Below, piece after piece: positions 63,307-64,000 of a DNA stretch of 64,000 nucleotides. Below the pieces are notes generated by a model. The model was given only the letters and a program-made list of their open reading frames with translations. It was not told where the DNA came from and ran no database searches. A program made the position numbers and the translations under genes. The DNA lies in the NCBI GenBank assembly GCA_963745025.1, contig CAVUWD010000020.1:1-64000 (forward strand). Reading direction: 5' to 3'. Each line of letters begins with the position of its first letter. The stretch's first letter is position 1. The stretch is from an uncultured delta proteobacterium (GTDB lineage: Bacteria > Desulfobacterota > Binatia > JACPRU01).

Positions 63307-64000
63307 ATGAAGATCCTCTTCTTCGGAGACGTCGTCGGAAAGCCCGGCCGGCTGGCCTTGAAGTTGCGCGCCCAGGCGCTTGCCGAGAGCGAGGGTGCCG
63401 ACCTGCTCGTCGCCAACAGCGAGAACTCGAGCGGCGGCATCGGCGTCGACCCCGGAAGTGCCCGGGAGCTCTTTTCGACCGGCATCCACGTGCTCACCTC
63501 GGGCAACCACGTCTGGCACCGTAAAGAGATCTACGATTACCTCGATGCCTCGGATCGGCTGCTCCGCCCCGCCAATTTTGCCCCGGGAGTGCCCGGGCGG
63601 GGATGGTCGGTGTACGAGACGGCAAAGGGCCCGGTCGCGGTGCTGAACCTGATCGGCCGGGTCTTCATGGCCCCCGCCGACTGCCCGTTCCGCGCCGCAG
63701 ACGCGATCCTCGAGCGGATCGGCACGCGCGCGCGCGTGATCCTCGTCGACATGCATGCCGAGGCGACTTCCGAGAAGATGGGGATGGGACGCTACCTCGA
63801 CGGGCGGGTATCGGCGGTGGTCGGCAGCCACACGCACGTCCAGACCGCGGACGAGATGGTGTTGCCCGGCGGCACGGCATACATCACCGATACCGGAATG
63901 TGCGGGCCGCTCGATTCGGTGATCGGCATGCGTACCGAGCAGGTCCTCAAGCGCTTCGTCGATCAGCTGCCCGTGCGCTATGACGTGGGCGAGGGCGCCC
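63307..64000 (+). CDS. ymdB: YmdB/TIGR00282 metallophosphoesterase (runs off the window)
   Basis: MKILFFGDVVG, TSGNHVW, DMHAEATSEK, GSHTHVQTAD. Confidence 0.93.
   Translation, partial: MKILFFGDVVGKPGRLALKLRAQALAESEGADLLVANSENSSGGIGVDPGSARELFSTGIHVLTSGNHVWHRKEIYDYLDASDRLLRPANFAPGVPGRGWSVYETAKGPVAVLNLIGRVFMAPADCPFRAADAILERIGTRARVILVDMHAEATSEKMGMGRYLDGRVSAVVGSHTHVQTADEMVLPGGTAYITDTGMCGPLDSVIGMRTEQVLKRFVDQLPVRYDVGEGA

Overview
High-GC bacterial chromosome segment. Gene content (many Zn-ribbon/cyclase/AAA/TPR paralogues, plant-type GshA, Ccr, SelABD) resembles a delta-proteobacterial/Binatia-like organism; this is an inference only. About 1-14.7 kb is a decayed accessory island ending in a tyrosine-integrase remnant next to tRNA-Cys. 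The rest is mostly housekeeping: moeA, gshA, dinG-selD-selB-selA, cca, uppP, ccr, a metal ABC locus, an acyl-CoA dehydrogenase pair, glgA, dprA-topA-trmFO-glnE-ilvE, fbp, rimP-nusA-ylxR-infB-DUF503-rbfA-truB, rny-ymdB. The best finding is a 2,628-bp large-serine-recombinase element inserted without target duplication at a CT core inside an IS3 transposase. Removing it in silico restores the transposase frame exactly. Circularising it joins a Shine-Dalgarno plus ATG at its right end, in frame, to a start-less ORF at its left end, creating a 171-aa gene that exists only in the excised circle. Other items: a CxxC/RAPP leader ORF before the metal-uptake operon, Sec-containing SelD with a SECIS, two copies of a covarying triple-hairpin repeat, a heptamer-arm palindromic repeat family, and an in-frame palindromic insertion in rimP. 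Several regions, including essential infB, carry single-base indels, so some frameshifts are probably assembly errors.
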